64,000 bases of DNA. It comes from Chiloscyllium plagiosum (lineage: Eukaryota). Positions 51,524 through 61,647 of this stretch are shown here, piece after piece (position 1 is the stretch's first letter; each line of letters begins with the position of its first letter). A program made the position numbers and the translations under genes. The notes below the pieces were generated by a model. That model saw only the letters and a program-made list of their open reading frames with translations. It did no database searches and was not told where the DNA came from. The stretch is taken from NCBI RefSeq assembly GCF_004010195.1, contig NC_057711.1:139035949-139099948 (forward strand). The letters are read 5' to 3'.

Positions 51524-51605
51524 CTGTCTCTGCTGTATCCCTTCCTTCTATCGTAAATTGTAGACGGGTAATAATGTCTTGGCTCCAGCACAAAACATGA
51601 CATTA

Positions 51606-51920
51606 GGCAACACAGTGGCTCTGTGGTACATCACAGCACCAGGGACCCAGGTTCAATTCCACCCTCGGGTAACTGTCTGTGTGGAGTTTGCACGTTCTCC
51701 CTGTGAATGTGTGGGTTTCTTCTGGGTGCTCCAGTTTCCTCCCACAGTCCAAAGTTGTGCAGCTTAGGTGGATTGGCCATGCTGAATTGCTCATAATGTC
51801 CAGGGGTGTGCAGGCTAGGTGGGTTAGCCCATATGGAATGTGGATTATGGGGACAGGTGGGGTGAACTTCAGGGTATCAGTGTGGACTTAGTGGGCCAAA
51901 TGACCTGTTTTCACACTCTG
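51606..51920 (+). mobile_element. HE1-type V-SINE
   Basis: A and B boxes, V-domain. Confidence 0.9.
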
Positions 51921-52264
51921 GAATAGTCTCACCAATGTCTTGTATAATGGAAGCATAACCTCCTTACATTTTATGTTCATTTGAGGTTTTTTTATTCTTC
52001 CTGCCAAACTGAACAGTTTCATATTCTTGCACCTTACACTCCAGTTGCCAGATTTTTTGCCTACTCATCCACCTATCTATATATGTTTCCAAACTCCTCA
52101 CATATTCTTTACACTACTTTTCTATCTATCTTCTTTTCTTCTTGAATCACTGCAGGCCATGTGAAGGTGGTGTTAGGGAATGAAGAGTAGTTGAACTAGA
52201 CTCTGCTTTTTTAAATTATTTGCACAGACTGATGTGTTGCTTTGTTATGGACTTCTTTGAACAG

Positions 52265-52384
52265 GGAAACCTTGGATTCCCAAAGAGAAGCCTGTCCAAA
52301 CAGTAATTGACAGTGTTACCCTGGAACCAGAGCTGGAAGAAGCCTTGGTCAATGCTACTGATGCTGAACTGTGTGACATAGCAG
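52265..52384 (+). CDS. TMOD1: Tropomodulin third coding exon (into tropomyosin-binding site 2), (G)KPWIPKEKPVQTVIDSVTLEPELEEALVNATDAELCDIA(A)
   Basis: Acceptor ttctttgaacag|GG; 120 nt, phase 1 to phase 1, joining in frame with the previous exon (G+GG=Gly); donor G|gtaagg at 52385. Matches TMOD1 GKVWVPKQKPLDPVLESVTLEPELEEALANASDAELCDIAA. Confidence 0.95.
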
Positions 52385-53424
52385 GTAAGGGATCTCACCC
52401 TTGGGAGAAGATCCATTTTGCAGTATCACTTGCCAAAGATGAGATTTCACTTTGTTTTTTTTTGTTACTATTCCTTTGAGTGTATGTTGCTTTTGAAACT
52501 ATTTGCTTCCTACATCAGACAGGACAGCCTTGTTACTAGTTTAGGATTGAGGTGCAACTACTCTTTAGTATTGCAACATGGGAACTGGCTGTTGGTCCAA
52601 ATGGTCTGTGTCAGTCAGTATCCTCCACACAAGTGTCATTGCTCATCCCATATACCACCTTGTTCCCAAATCCTTTTATCCCATATTTCTTTGAATCTTC
52701 TAACAATATTGATCTGGTGACTGCTTCACTCATTAACCTGAGTAATATATTTCACAGCTTTATTACTCTTTCTACAAATGTTTCTCATCATTCCTGTCTT
52801 AATCTGTTTATATTTAATCTTTAATATCTATACCTTTTCTGTCTAGTAAGGAAGTCAGAACTCTTATTGTCCTGCAATTAAATATTATCCTCATGAGTCA
52901 AATCCATCGATGATTTCACTATTCAAATGATAACTTTCACCCTAATGATTGTTTTCTTTGTGGGAAGAAGCCCAAACTGAGATTGTGAAGTCAGGATCAG
53001 ATTTGCATCCCTCCAGACTTTGTTGCATTTTTAAGGATGAGACTCTAATGCAATGTGAAATGTTAGCAGAGTTAATGCTGATCCCTCTAGACTGAAAGTA
53101 GATGTCAGACTTCCCAGGTTGCTCCATCTCTATTTGCCCATTCAGTTTAAACACTGGGAAGACTGGTTGGTGGTAGGGCTGTTTAAGAGAATAGGGTCAA
53201 AGGAGCAAGGGGAGAGAGAGAGCAAGTGATGGCTTGAATGGTCATTTTACAACATTGTGCTTTGGACAGGAATCGCGTTGAAAAAAATAAAGCATCCATG
53301 GAATGAAGATTCTATAAGGGGCAGGTGTCACCACCCAGGAGCCCATTTTCATTTTAAGCTGGCAGGTTATCATAGTTGTCCACAGTAAGGTTATCCATTT
53401 GGACCAATAAAGGATAGATCAAGG

Positions 53425-54030
53425 GGCTATCTAAATGATGCGAAGTTGATAAAAAAAAATGCAGTGGATGTCCAGAAAGACTTGGAGTACAGTAAGCAGG
53501 GCTGAGCACCACATATTAGGAAGGCTATATTATCCTTGGAGGGAGTACAATGTAGGTTTGCAAGAATGATATCTGGACTTCAGAGATTAAGTTATGAAGT
53601 GAAATTGTACAAATTTTCTCTAGAATTTAGAACGTTAAAGGGTGATCAGATTGAAGCCTTCAGGATATTAAAAGGAAAAGACAGGGTAGAAACGATAAAC
53701 TATTTCCACTGGTTCAGGATTCTAGAACTACGGAGTAAGGCTGAGAATTAGGGCCAGACTGTTCAGGATAGATGGTAGGAAGCATTTCTACACACAAAGG
53801 GTGGTAGATGTTTGGAACTCTCTTCCACAAACGGTAGTGGATACTGGCTCACTTGTTAATTTTAAATCTAAGATTGACGTGGTTTATGAAATATTTTGTT
53901 GAACAAAGATATTAAGGGATATGGGCCAAAGGCCAGTATATGGAGCTAGGCCACAGGTCAACAATGATCTCACCGACTAGTGGAATAGCTTCGAGGCTCT
54001 GAATGGTCTCCTCCTGTTCCTATGTTCCAA
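53425..54030 (+). mobile_element. CR1 3' fragment (third family; related copy at 56250-56530)
   Basis: LEGVQCRFARMISGLQRLSYE...LKGDQIEAFRILKG; tcctgttcctatgttcc tail. Confidence 0.85.
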
Positions 54031-54499
54031 TGTAAGGCAATAGATGGAAGTATCTTGTTTCTGAGTGAGTAGCCATTCTGAAGAGAAATGTTGTGAAGAC
54101 AGAAGAAGTGGTCTTTTGAACCATTGACAATATCTAGGGTGACCGGGTTAGGTGAGTTGAGTGAGACAGGTAGATCTCAATGAGGTTAGACCTCAGTAAT
54201 ACCCTGGGCAAGAAATTGGTGAATGTAGATGGATGGGTTTGAAACAGACTGGAGATGTTAAAACACTTGCAAAATAACTTGAGCTAAGCAAATTGGCTAA
54301 AAATTAGTTAACTGATTAAAAATTCTGATAAGGAATAAACCTTAGCATTCATCCTGTTCATTAATCTCCGCTGTTTATTTTTCAGCGTTCATTCTGTTCT
54401 TTGGCAACCCCATGTCATCACTCATTTCATTTGCAGTGTTCCTTGGACTGTAAGCTCATCATCACTTATAAAAATTCCTCATTGTTCATGTCATGTCAT

Positions 54500-54620
54500 G
54501 GCTGGCGAGTATGAGACTGTACCAACAGGAATGTGTGACTGTGCCTGCTGAAGAATGCGAGACTGTCACCAGTAGGACTATGTGACTGTACTTGCTGGAG
54601 AATGTGCAACCAGAGTAGGC
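54500..54620. repeat. Degenerate minisatellite (~23-24 bp subunit, ~47 bp higher-order unit)
   Basis: gctggcgagtatgagactgtaccaacaggaatgtgtgactgtgcct / gctgaagaatgcgagactgtcaccagtaggactatgtgactgtactt / gctggagaatgtg. Confidence 0.7.
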
Positions 54621-55095
54621 TGTGCTGCTGTTTAAATGAATGCCTTCTGGGCTGGCTTCTAGCCGTGCGAGAGTGCTGCTGCTGCCTGATCAACAGACAG
54701 AAGTTTTGTTCTGGGATCCTTCTGTTATAAATTTTGATTTGATGCTGCTTTTTGATCTACCCACTGAGAATATTGATGCCACTGCATGCTGGATAAAGTT
54801 TGCCTGTGCTGCTTTAATGGTACAGTAAGCATGAATGTGAAATTAGTGCAGAGTGGAGGTTAACTCTCCATATTTTTATTGTGTGCAGCATCTTGTTACC
54901 ACAGAGGCCTCTCTTCCAGTCTGAATATTGCTGAATTATAACTATATGACAGACATTTCCATCAATGACACAAGGAATGCAGTGTCACAAGAATATTTTT
55001 CCCAGTTGTGTCCCTATTTCTCCCCCCTCCTGACAGTAATGATTGGATGTGGCCCTGTAGTCCTTGAGTACCTCACACAGATGGGCTGTTCCATA

Positions 55096-55256
55096 AGGAG
55101 GCAAAAGTGAGGACTGCAGATGCTGGATTAGAGTGGTGCTGGAAAAGCACAGCAGGTCAGGCAGCTTCCGAGGAGCAAACCCAAAACGTCTATTTTCCTG
55201 CTCCTTGGATGCTGCCTGACCGGCTGGCTTTTCCAGCACCGCTCTAATCTAGACTG
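55096..55256. mobile_element. Penelope pLTR fold-back element, family A, centre deleted
   Basis: Inverted arms; 9-bp flanking repeat tgttccata (55087-55095 / 55257-55265). Confidence 0.8.
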
Positions 55257-55357
55257 TGTTCCATACAGAGGATAATGCAGGCAAGCCCAACCCTTTTTCC
55301 ACCTAATCAAACACACTTCTCAGATGTTCCCTGATTCAGATTAGGAGCAGAAACCCT

Positions 55358-55810
55358 GGCTGAATCGACTGGGCTTGTATACCCTTGAGTTTAGAAGACT
55401 GAGAGGGGATCTGATTGAGACATATAAGATTATGAAAGGATTGGACACTCCGGCAGCAGGAAACATGTTTCTTCTGATGGGTGAGTGCCGAACCAGAGGA
55501 CACAGCTTAAAAATACGGGGTAGACCATTTAGGACAGAGATGAGGAGAAACTTCTTCACCCAGAGAGTGGTGGCTGTGTGGAATGCTCTGCCCCAGAGGG
55601 CAGTGGAGGCCCAGTCTCTGGATTCATTTAAGAAAGAGTTGGATAGAGCTCTCAAAGATAGTGGAATCAAGGGTTATGGAGATAAGGCAGGAAGATGATA
55701 CTGATTAAGAATGATCAACCATGATCATATTGAATGGTGGTGCAGGCTCAAAGGGCTGAATGGCCTACTCCTGCACCTATTGGCTATTGTCTATTGTCTA
55801 TTGTCTATTG
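55358..55810 (+). mobile_element. Young CR1 3' fragment
   Basis: LYTLEFRRLRGDLIETYKIMKG...WNALPQRAVEA; (ctattgt)n tail. Confidence 0.95.
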
Positions 55811-57915
55811 ATCATTTTTCCCCTATCTATTGTATTGTGGCCAATTACATGCAATATTTACTGTCAGTGTGAGAATGGCTGAATTAATGTGGACCAACTC
55901 AGGCCTGTATTCATCTGACCTGTACAACTTATTATCAAAGGAGATGGTCCTTTGACTTCCAAAGATTTTGAAGGTGCTTCTATCCAGTTTGACTAACATT
56001 ACTATGCTATTATTTTTGTATCCTCACATCCTGGAGCATGCTGTGAAGTAGCACAAAGATTAAGAGACTGGTTAAGAAACTGATGAGTTGTAACATAAAT
56101 GATTCTTGTCTGGTGCAACGATCCTTATACCAGCCAGAAGCCATATTTAGCACTATGCAATAGGAGGATATTTCAAACTCCCAAAGCATAGACAATGAAA
56201 GGAACCAGCCATTGCTACCTGACAGGAGCATCCTACTTGATTCAGAACATTGAACTAGGGCATAGTCTGAGAATTATAGCCTGACTGTTCAGGAGAGATA
56301 CTGGGAAGCACTTCTACACACAAAGACTGGTAGAGGTTTGGAACTCTCTTCCACAAACAGCAGTGGATGCAGGAGCAGTTCTTAATTTTAAATCTAAAGT
56401 AAATAATTGTTGTTAAGCAAATGTATTAAGCGAGATGAATCAAAGGCCAGTATGTGGAATTAGGCCACAGCTCATTGAATGAAGGAACAGGCTTGAAGGG
56501 CTGAATGGCCCCTGTTCCTATGTTCCTGAAGCTGTCGGAACAGAATTCCATGGAGTTAGGCTGATTCCAGAGCCATTTAAAGTGACAGGTAAGACCTGGA
56601 TGTAAAACCCTTTTGTCCAATTTCCAACAGATCCTGTTTTTGCTGATAGCGGCATAAATCATATAAGCAGAAGGCTTGAACTCAGGACCATGTGAAATTA
56701 GTCTTGAAGGGATGATCAGGTCTGTTTAAGTGTCATGACCTGAAGAGCTTTCATTCCACAGCCCTAGGGAAACAAAGGAGAAGCAACAGTGCTGCTGTCT
56801 GTTGGAGTGAAAATGACAAAGAGACAATGCTTAAAATTAAAGGGATCTCCCAGTATAGATAGGAATTAGAAGAATTTTCTTTCTGTCAAAGGATCATTTA
56901 CCTGTGGAGTTCCCTTCCTCAGACAGTAGTGGAGATAGGGCTATTGAACACTTTTAAGGCTGAGTCAGCTAGGTTTCGCACTGACAAGGGGAGTCAAAGG
57001 TCAGACTGGAAAGGGCAGTTAAAGCCACCATTACAAAGAGATCTGTCATGATCTTATCAAATGTATCAGAGGCTGGAGGGGCTGAATGATCTACTCCTCT
57101 TTGTAATTGGTGTATGTGTATGCATGTGCATTTAAAAGCTCCAAAAGTAGAAAGGCAGCATTCATGTTTGTGGCTGACAGTTTTAAGAGGCTATTTAAGG
57201 ATTAACTGTCTTTGATATTTTTAACTGATTAGATACTTGTTTTTATACCAGAGTGTTCATCTGAGAGTATTTAAAATCTCTGAATGGGTTTCATGAATAA
57301 ACTGTTTATTTTTCCAATATCAAATGTGAGGGCTATACTATTTTGTTACAGTTTAATTTTTTTCATCGCCATGTGTCTCCTGAGGTTTGCCTGTAGTGGA
57401 TACTGGGCTGTGGAGGTAGTATGGAGGTGGTGGCTCCCCAACAATGTTTTGTAAAATGCAGATGGTCTCAGAGAAATGAGGTGGGCCTTCTAACCAGCTT
57501 ACCTTGACACTCACCTGCCTCATTGACTGCCTCCAGTCACCAGGCCCAAATCAGTTGTACCCCACACCCCTCTCCCCTCACCCTGAGCGTTTGCATCTAT
57601 TCGGAGACCATTATACCAAGACATGACTGCCAAATCAGAAAGTCCCAGAAAGCCTGGCCCTTGACTCTTATTTGCAGGAACTATCTGGAGCAGGTTTGGA
57701 TCCAGAACCTTGCTATCTCTGAACCTAAAGCTTGCTCCACTCAGATATTGTTAGACCAATGCCATTGCCACTGAACTAATTCATGGCCTTTACCCATTCT
57801 TCAGTATACCTTGATCAGGGGATTGAGACAAAATTGATCAGTTATTTTCCTAGATAGAAGATGTTTGGTAGGTTTGACTTTATTGGTCAGTGCATTGACT
57901 GTAGGAGTTGGGAGA

Positions 57916-58312
57916 CTTCACCAGTTTCCTCATTTCCCCCTTCCCCACCTCACCCCAGTCCCAAACTTCCAACTCAGCACCGTCCCCATGACCCGTCCTA
58001 CCTGCCTATCTTCTTTTCCACCTATCCACTCCACCCTCCTCCCTGACCTATCACTTTCATCCAACCCCCATCCACCCATTGTACTCTTTGCTACTTTCCG
58101 CCACCCTCCTCTCTGACCTATCACCTCCACCCCACGCCCATTCAGGTATTGCACTCTTTGCTACCTTCTCCCCAGCCCCATCCCCATTTACCTCTCCACC
58201 CTGGAGTCTCCCTGCCTCCATTCCTGATGAAGGGCTTTTGCCCGAAACTTCGATTTTCCTGCTCCACGGATGCTGACTGACCTGCTGTGCTTTTCCAGCA
58301 CCACTCTAATCA
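57916..58312 (+). mobile_element. Penelope pLTR (family A) with hammerhead core at 58224-58251
   Basis: Matches the reverse complement of 29610-29800; ctgatgaagggcttttgcccgaaacttc. Confidence 0.9.
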
Positions 58313-58791
58313 GGACAGAAGGTCGCTATTGATTTGGGTTATCAACTTACGTGTTGTACTCTTGCATGAATACGACATTAAGATAGAAAGATAAATGGGA
58401 TTTTTTTCGTAAAATTAAACAATTATCAATGGAAATATTCCACGGTTGAGAATGAAATCTTCAGCATTGTGCTGGCATTCCACTTTTTCCAAACTTGTGC
58501 TGCCAGTTATTTGCCTGAGACAATTATATACACCGATCATATCCGGTTTAAGTTTTAAAAGAAATTTAAGGGCAAAACTTCCAAACAGTTTGGATGCAGT
58601 TTATTAGAACCGCCTCTCAATTTGAAAATCATGGAAATGGCAGAATGAGAGAACAAAGTTATCAATGTGACGTCGTGACTTTTATTAAAAAGATTGGAAA
58701 TGTTCAGTGGCAAAAAAAAAAGACGAAATAGTCTTCAGTCGTGAGTATTTGCATGCTTACAATCAATATAATGCATATATAGCAGAGTAGG

Positions 58792-58917
58792 AAAAAGTGA
58801 GGAATGTAGTTGCTGGAGATCAGATTCGAAAAATGTAGCGCTGGAAAGCAAAGCAGGTCAGGCAGCATCCGAGGATCAGGAGAGTCGATGATTCGGGCAT
58901 AAGCACTTCGTCAGGAA
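58792..58917 (-). mobile_element. Older Penelope pLTR fragment inside the composite insertion
   Basis: Diverged family A arm, opposite in orientation to the flanking pLTRs. Confidence 0.8.
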
Positions 58918-59740
58918 AATAGTGTCTATAGTGAGTATGGTAAAGACATCAAACTTGGGTTTTTATTTTAAATTGAAACATGTATATATTTTTTGGATAA
59001 ATTTAGTGGGGGGAGTTGTCGCAATGCTCCGATTTTAAGAGGTTATTTTGTTTTTCGAAGAAAGATTTTAAGACAGACGTGTCGTGCTGTCTCTTTGGTA
59101 AGTCAGTAATGTATCCAGCTTTTGAGTCCTTGGGTTTCTTTCAAAGGTTGCAACAACAAAAGCAGCCCAGTTGGGTGCTATCGAGCTTTTACAGAACTAA
59201 TGTTTTAGTTCTTTTTTTTCAACAGCTGTTGTGGCTAGGATCTCAGAAGGATTTAGGCTAGTCTTAATATATTTTGAGCGAGTCTGATGTGGTAAATAAC
59301 AGTGCATCAAACGAATCTATCAAAATCAATGCATTTGAATTCGTTTTTGTGCATGCAGTGAGATAACCACAGAAACTAACTAAGGAAAAGTTCAAAGTCA
59401 GAGTTCGGAGAAAAATTGTATCAAATTTTAGAGAAAGATTAAGTAAAATAACTGCTATAGCTGTATAGCATTTAAAAGTAGCACAACATGTGATGAGACA
59501 AGAATATGTAATTTTCATTGTGGAAATAAATTGTTAGTGTAACTTCCAGATTAAAGTGAACATTTGAAAGGAAGGTTTAGCGTGACTCATCAAATTGAAA
59601 GGTAATATTTGAAAGGGACGCTCGATAGAAGTCGTGGGAAAAGTGCATGTGTAATTTGTTACAACACAGGGTGAAGAACGAAGTTCAGACGAATCTGACT
59701 TGAACGTTCCTCACATTAAAATGGATAATGACAAAGTACT

Positions 59741-59893
59741 TACACCCCCACCCTCCTCTCATTTATCTCTCCACCCTTCAGGCACTCTGCCTGTATTCCT
59801 GATGAAGGGCTTTTGCCCGAAACGTCGATTTTCCTGCTCCTCGGATGCTGCCTGAACTGCTGTGCTTTTCCAGCACCACTCCACTCCAGAATC
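59741..59893 (+). mobile_element. Penelope pLTR 3' part (family A)
   Basis: Direct, diverged repeat of 58170-58312. Confidence 0.9.
59795..59830 (+). ncRNA. Minimal type I hammerhead ribozyme motif, intact core
   Basis: AUUC-CUGAUGA-A-GGGC-UUUU-GCCC-GAAA-CG-UC-GAUU; palindromic ACGU stem III, GUC cleavage triplet, weak stem I. Confidence 0.7.
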
Positions 59894-60977
59894 CTATAGG
59901 AGTTTGGAGATCATGTTGTAGCTGTACAGGACGTTGGTTAGGCTACTTTTGGAGCACTGTGTGCAATTTGGGTCTCCTTGCTATAGGAAGGATGTTGTGA
60001 AACTTGAAAGGGTTCAGAAAAGATTTGCAAAGATGTTGCCATGATTGGATTGTTTGAGCCGTAGTGAAAGGCTAATAGACTGGGGCTGTTTTCCCTGGAG
60101 CATTGGAGGCTGAGGAATGACCATATGGAGGTTTATAAAATTATGAGAGGCATGGATAGGGTAAACAGGTAAGGTCTTTTCTTCAGGTTAGGGGAGTCCA
60201 AAACTAGAGGGCAGAGGTTAAGGTGGGAGGGGAAAGATTTAAAAGGGACTCAAGGGGCAACGTTTTCAGACAGAGAGTGGTGCATGAATGGAATGAGCTG
60301 CCAGAGGAAGTGGTGGAGGCTGGTACAATTATAACGTTTAAAAGGCATCTGGGTGGGAAGGGTTTAGAGGGATATGGGCCAAATGCTGTCAAATGGGACT
60401 AGATTAATGGAGAATGTCTGGTCAGCTTGGACGAGTGAAACTGAGGGTCTGTTTCTGTGCTGTACAACTCTATGACTCTATGATTATGATTCTAACTCAG
60501 CTTTAATGCTACAATATTGAATTATTTACTGACCTGAACTGAGTGACGTGGAGGGTAAAGAATGTTGACGGAGTAAAAAACACGGCAGAGTTCTCACATG
60601 CTCAGACTGGAATGTTAGCCCCAGTTTAGAAAGGATCAGTCAGTTTGTGACTACCCAGTGGTTAATTAATCTTCCAACACTCAGCATCTAGGGTCAAAAA
60701 TGAAAGATAGCTGTTGTGGAAAGTTTTGGCAGAATCATCCCATCAGAAGTGACATGGGTCAGAGTCCGTCAGTGTCCATATCAATGTCTGTAAGTGGAAT
60801 CATTTTAATATTGAATTGAGCTAATGTCTGGAGAAAAATGCTTAAAGTAGCATACAGCACTCTTTGCAACTCCATCTCTAAAAGCAGCAAGTGTTTAGAA
60901 TCCTTGATATACGTCATGGAAATATTTGTGCTGTCCTCAATAAATCACCGATAAATATTTGCAGTTGTAATTCTCAC

Positions 60978-61395
60978 CCTTGGCTCAATTAGTAGCACAT
61001 TGCTTCTGAATAAAAACATTGTGTGTTCAGACCACAATCCCCAAACTTGAACACTCAATCTGGGCTAATGAAAAGATGCAGAGCCAAGGGACTGCTGCAT
61101 ATCTCCTTCAGATACTGACATTCAGCCGAGACCACACCTGCTGGTTCGGGTGGATGGAAAAGATTCCGTGGCATTATTTGAGAAGAAGCAGAGGGTTCTC
61201 TTGGTGTAGAGGCCAATATTCTTCTCACCAATAAATTCAGATAATCTGATTGATTGTTTATCTCATTTGTCAACTGTGGGAATTTGCTCTGTGCCTATTG
61301 ATTGTTGTTTGCAAAATAGCACTGACTGAACATTAAATAAAGATTCTATTGGTTGTAAACATCTTTAGCCTTTTCTGATGATAAAGTACTTTCTT
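60978..61395 (+). mobile_element. Near full-length ancient Deu-domain SINE
   Basis: Decayed tRNA head, then gggtggatggaaaagattccgtggcattatttgagaagaagcagagggttctcttggtgtagaggccaatatt (Deu core), then tail. Confidence 0.7.
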
Positions 61396-61647
61396 GTTTT
61401 ATATAATTATTGATTGTGAATCATAAGAATAGACACAAGTACAATTTTAAAATCTATTACTCTCACATCGTAAGGTATATTAGTGCATTGATTTAAAATA
61501 ACAGAAAGTACCGATAATCGATTTAATTACACCATAGCTGTTTTGAATGGAATGATGTCAATAAGCTGTCTATCATTGTACCATAAATGGGATTATTGCT
61601 GACTGCAGCCCTATGTCACTTCAGGTTTAGATAAATTAACTGTACCT

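Larger units (their letters stand above)
57857..60495 (+). mobile_element. CR1 3' fragment split by a 2-kb composite insertion
   Basis: CR1 sequence tttattggtcag...taggagttgggaga (to 57915) continues as taggagtttggagatcatgttgtagctgtacagg from 59897. Confidence 0.85.
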
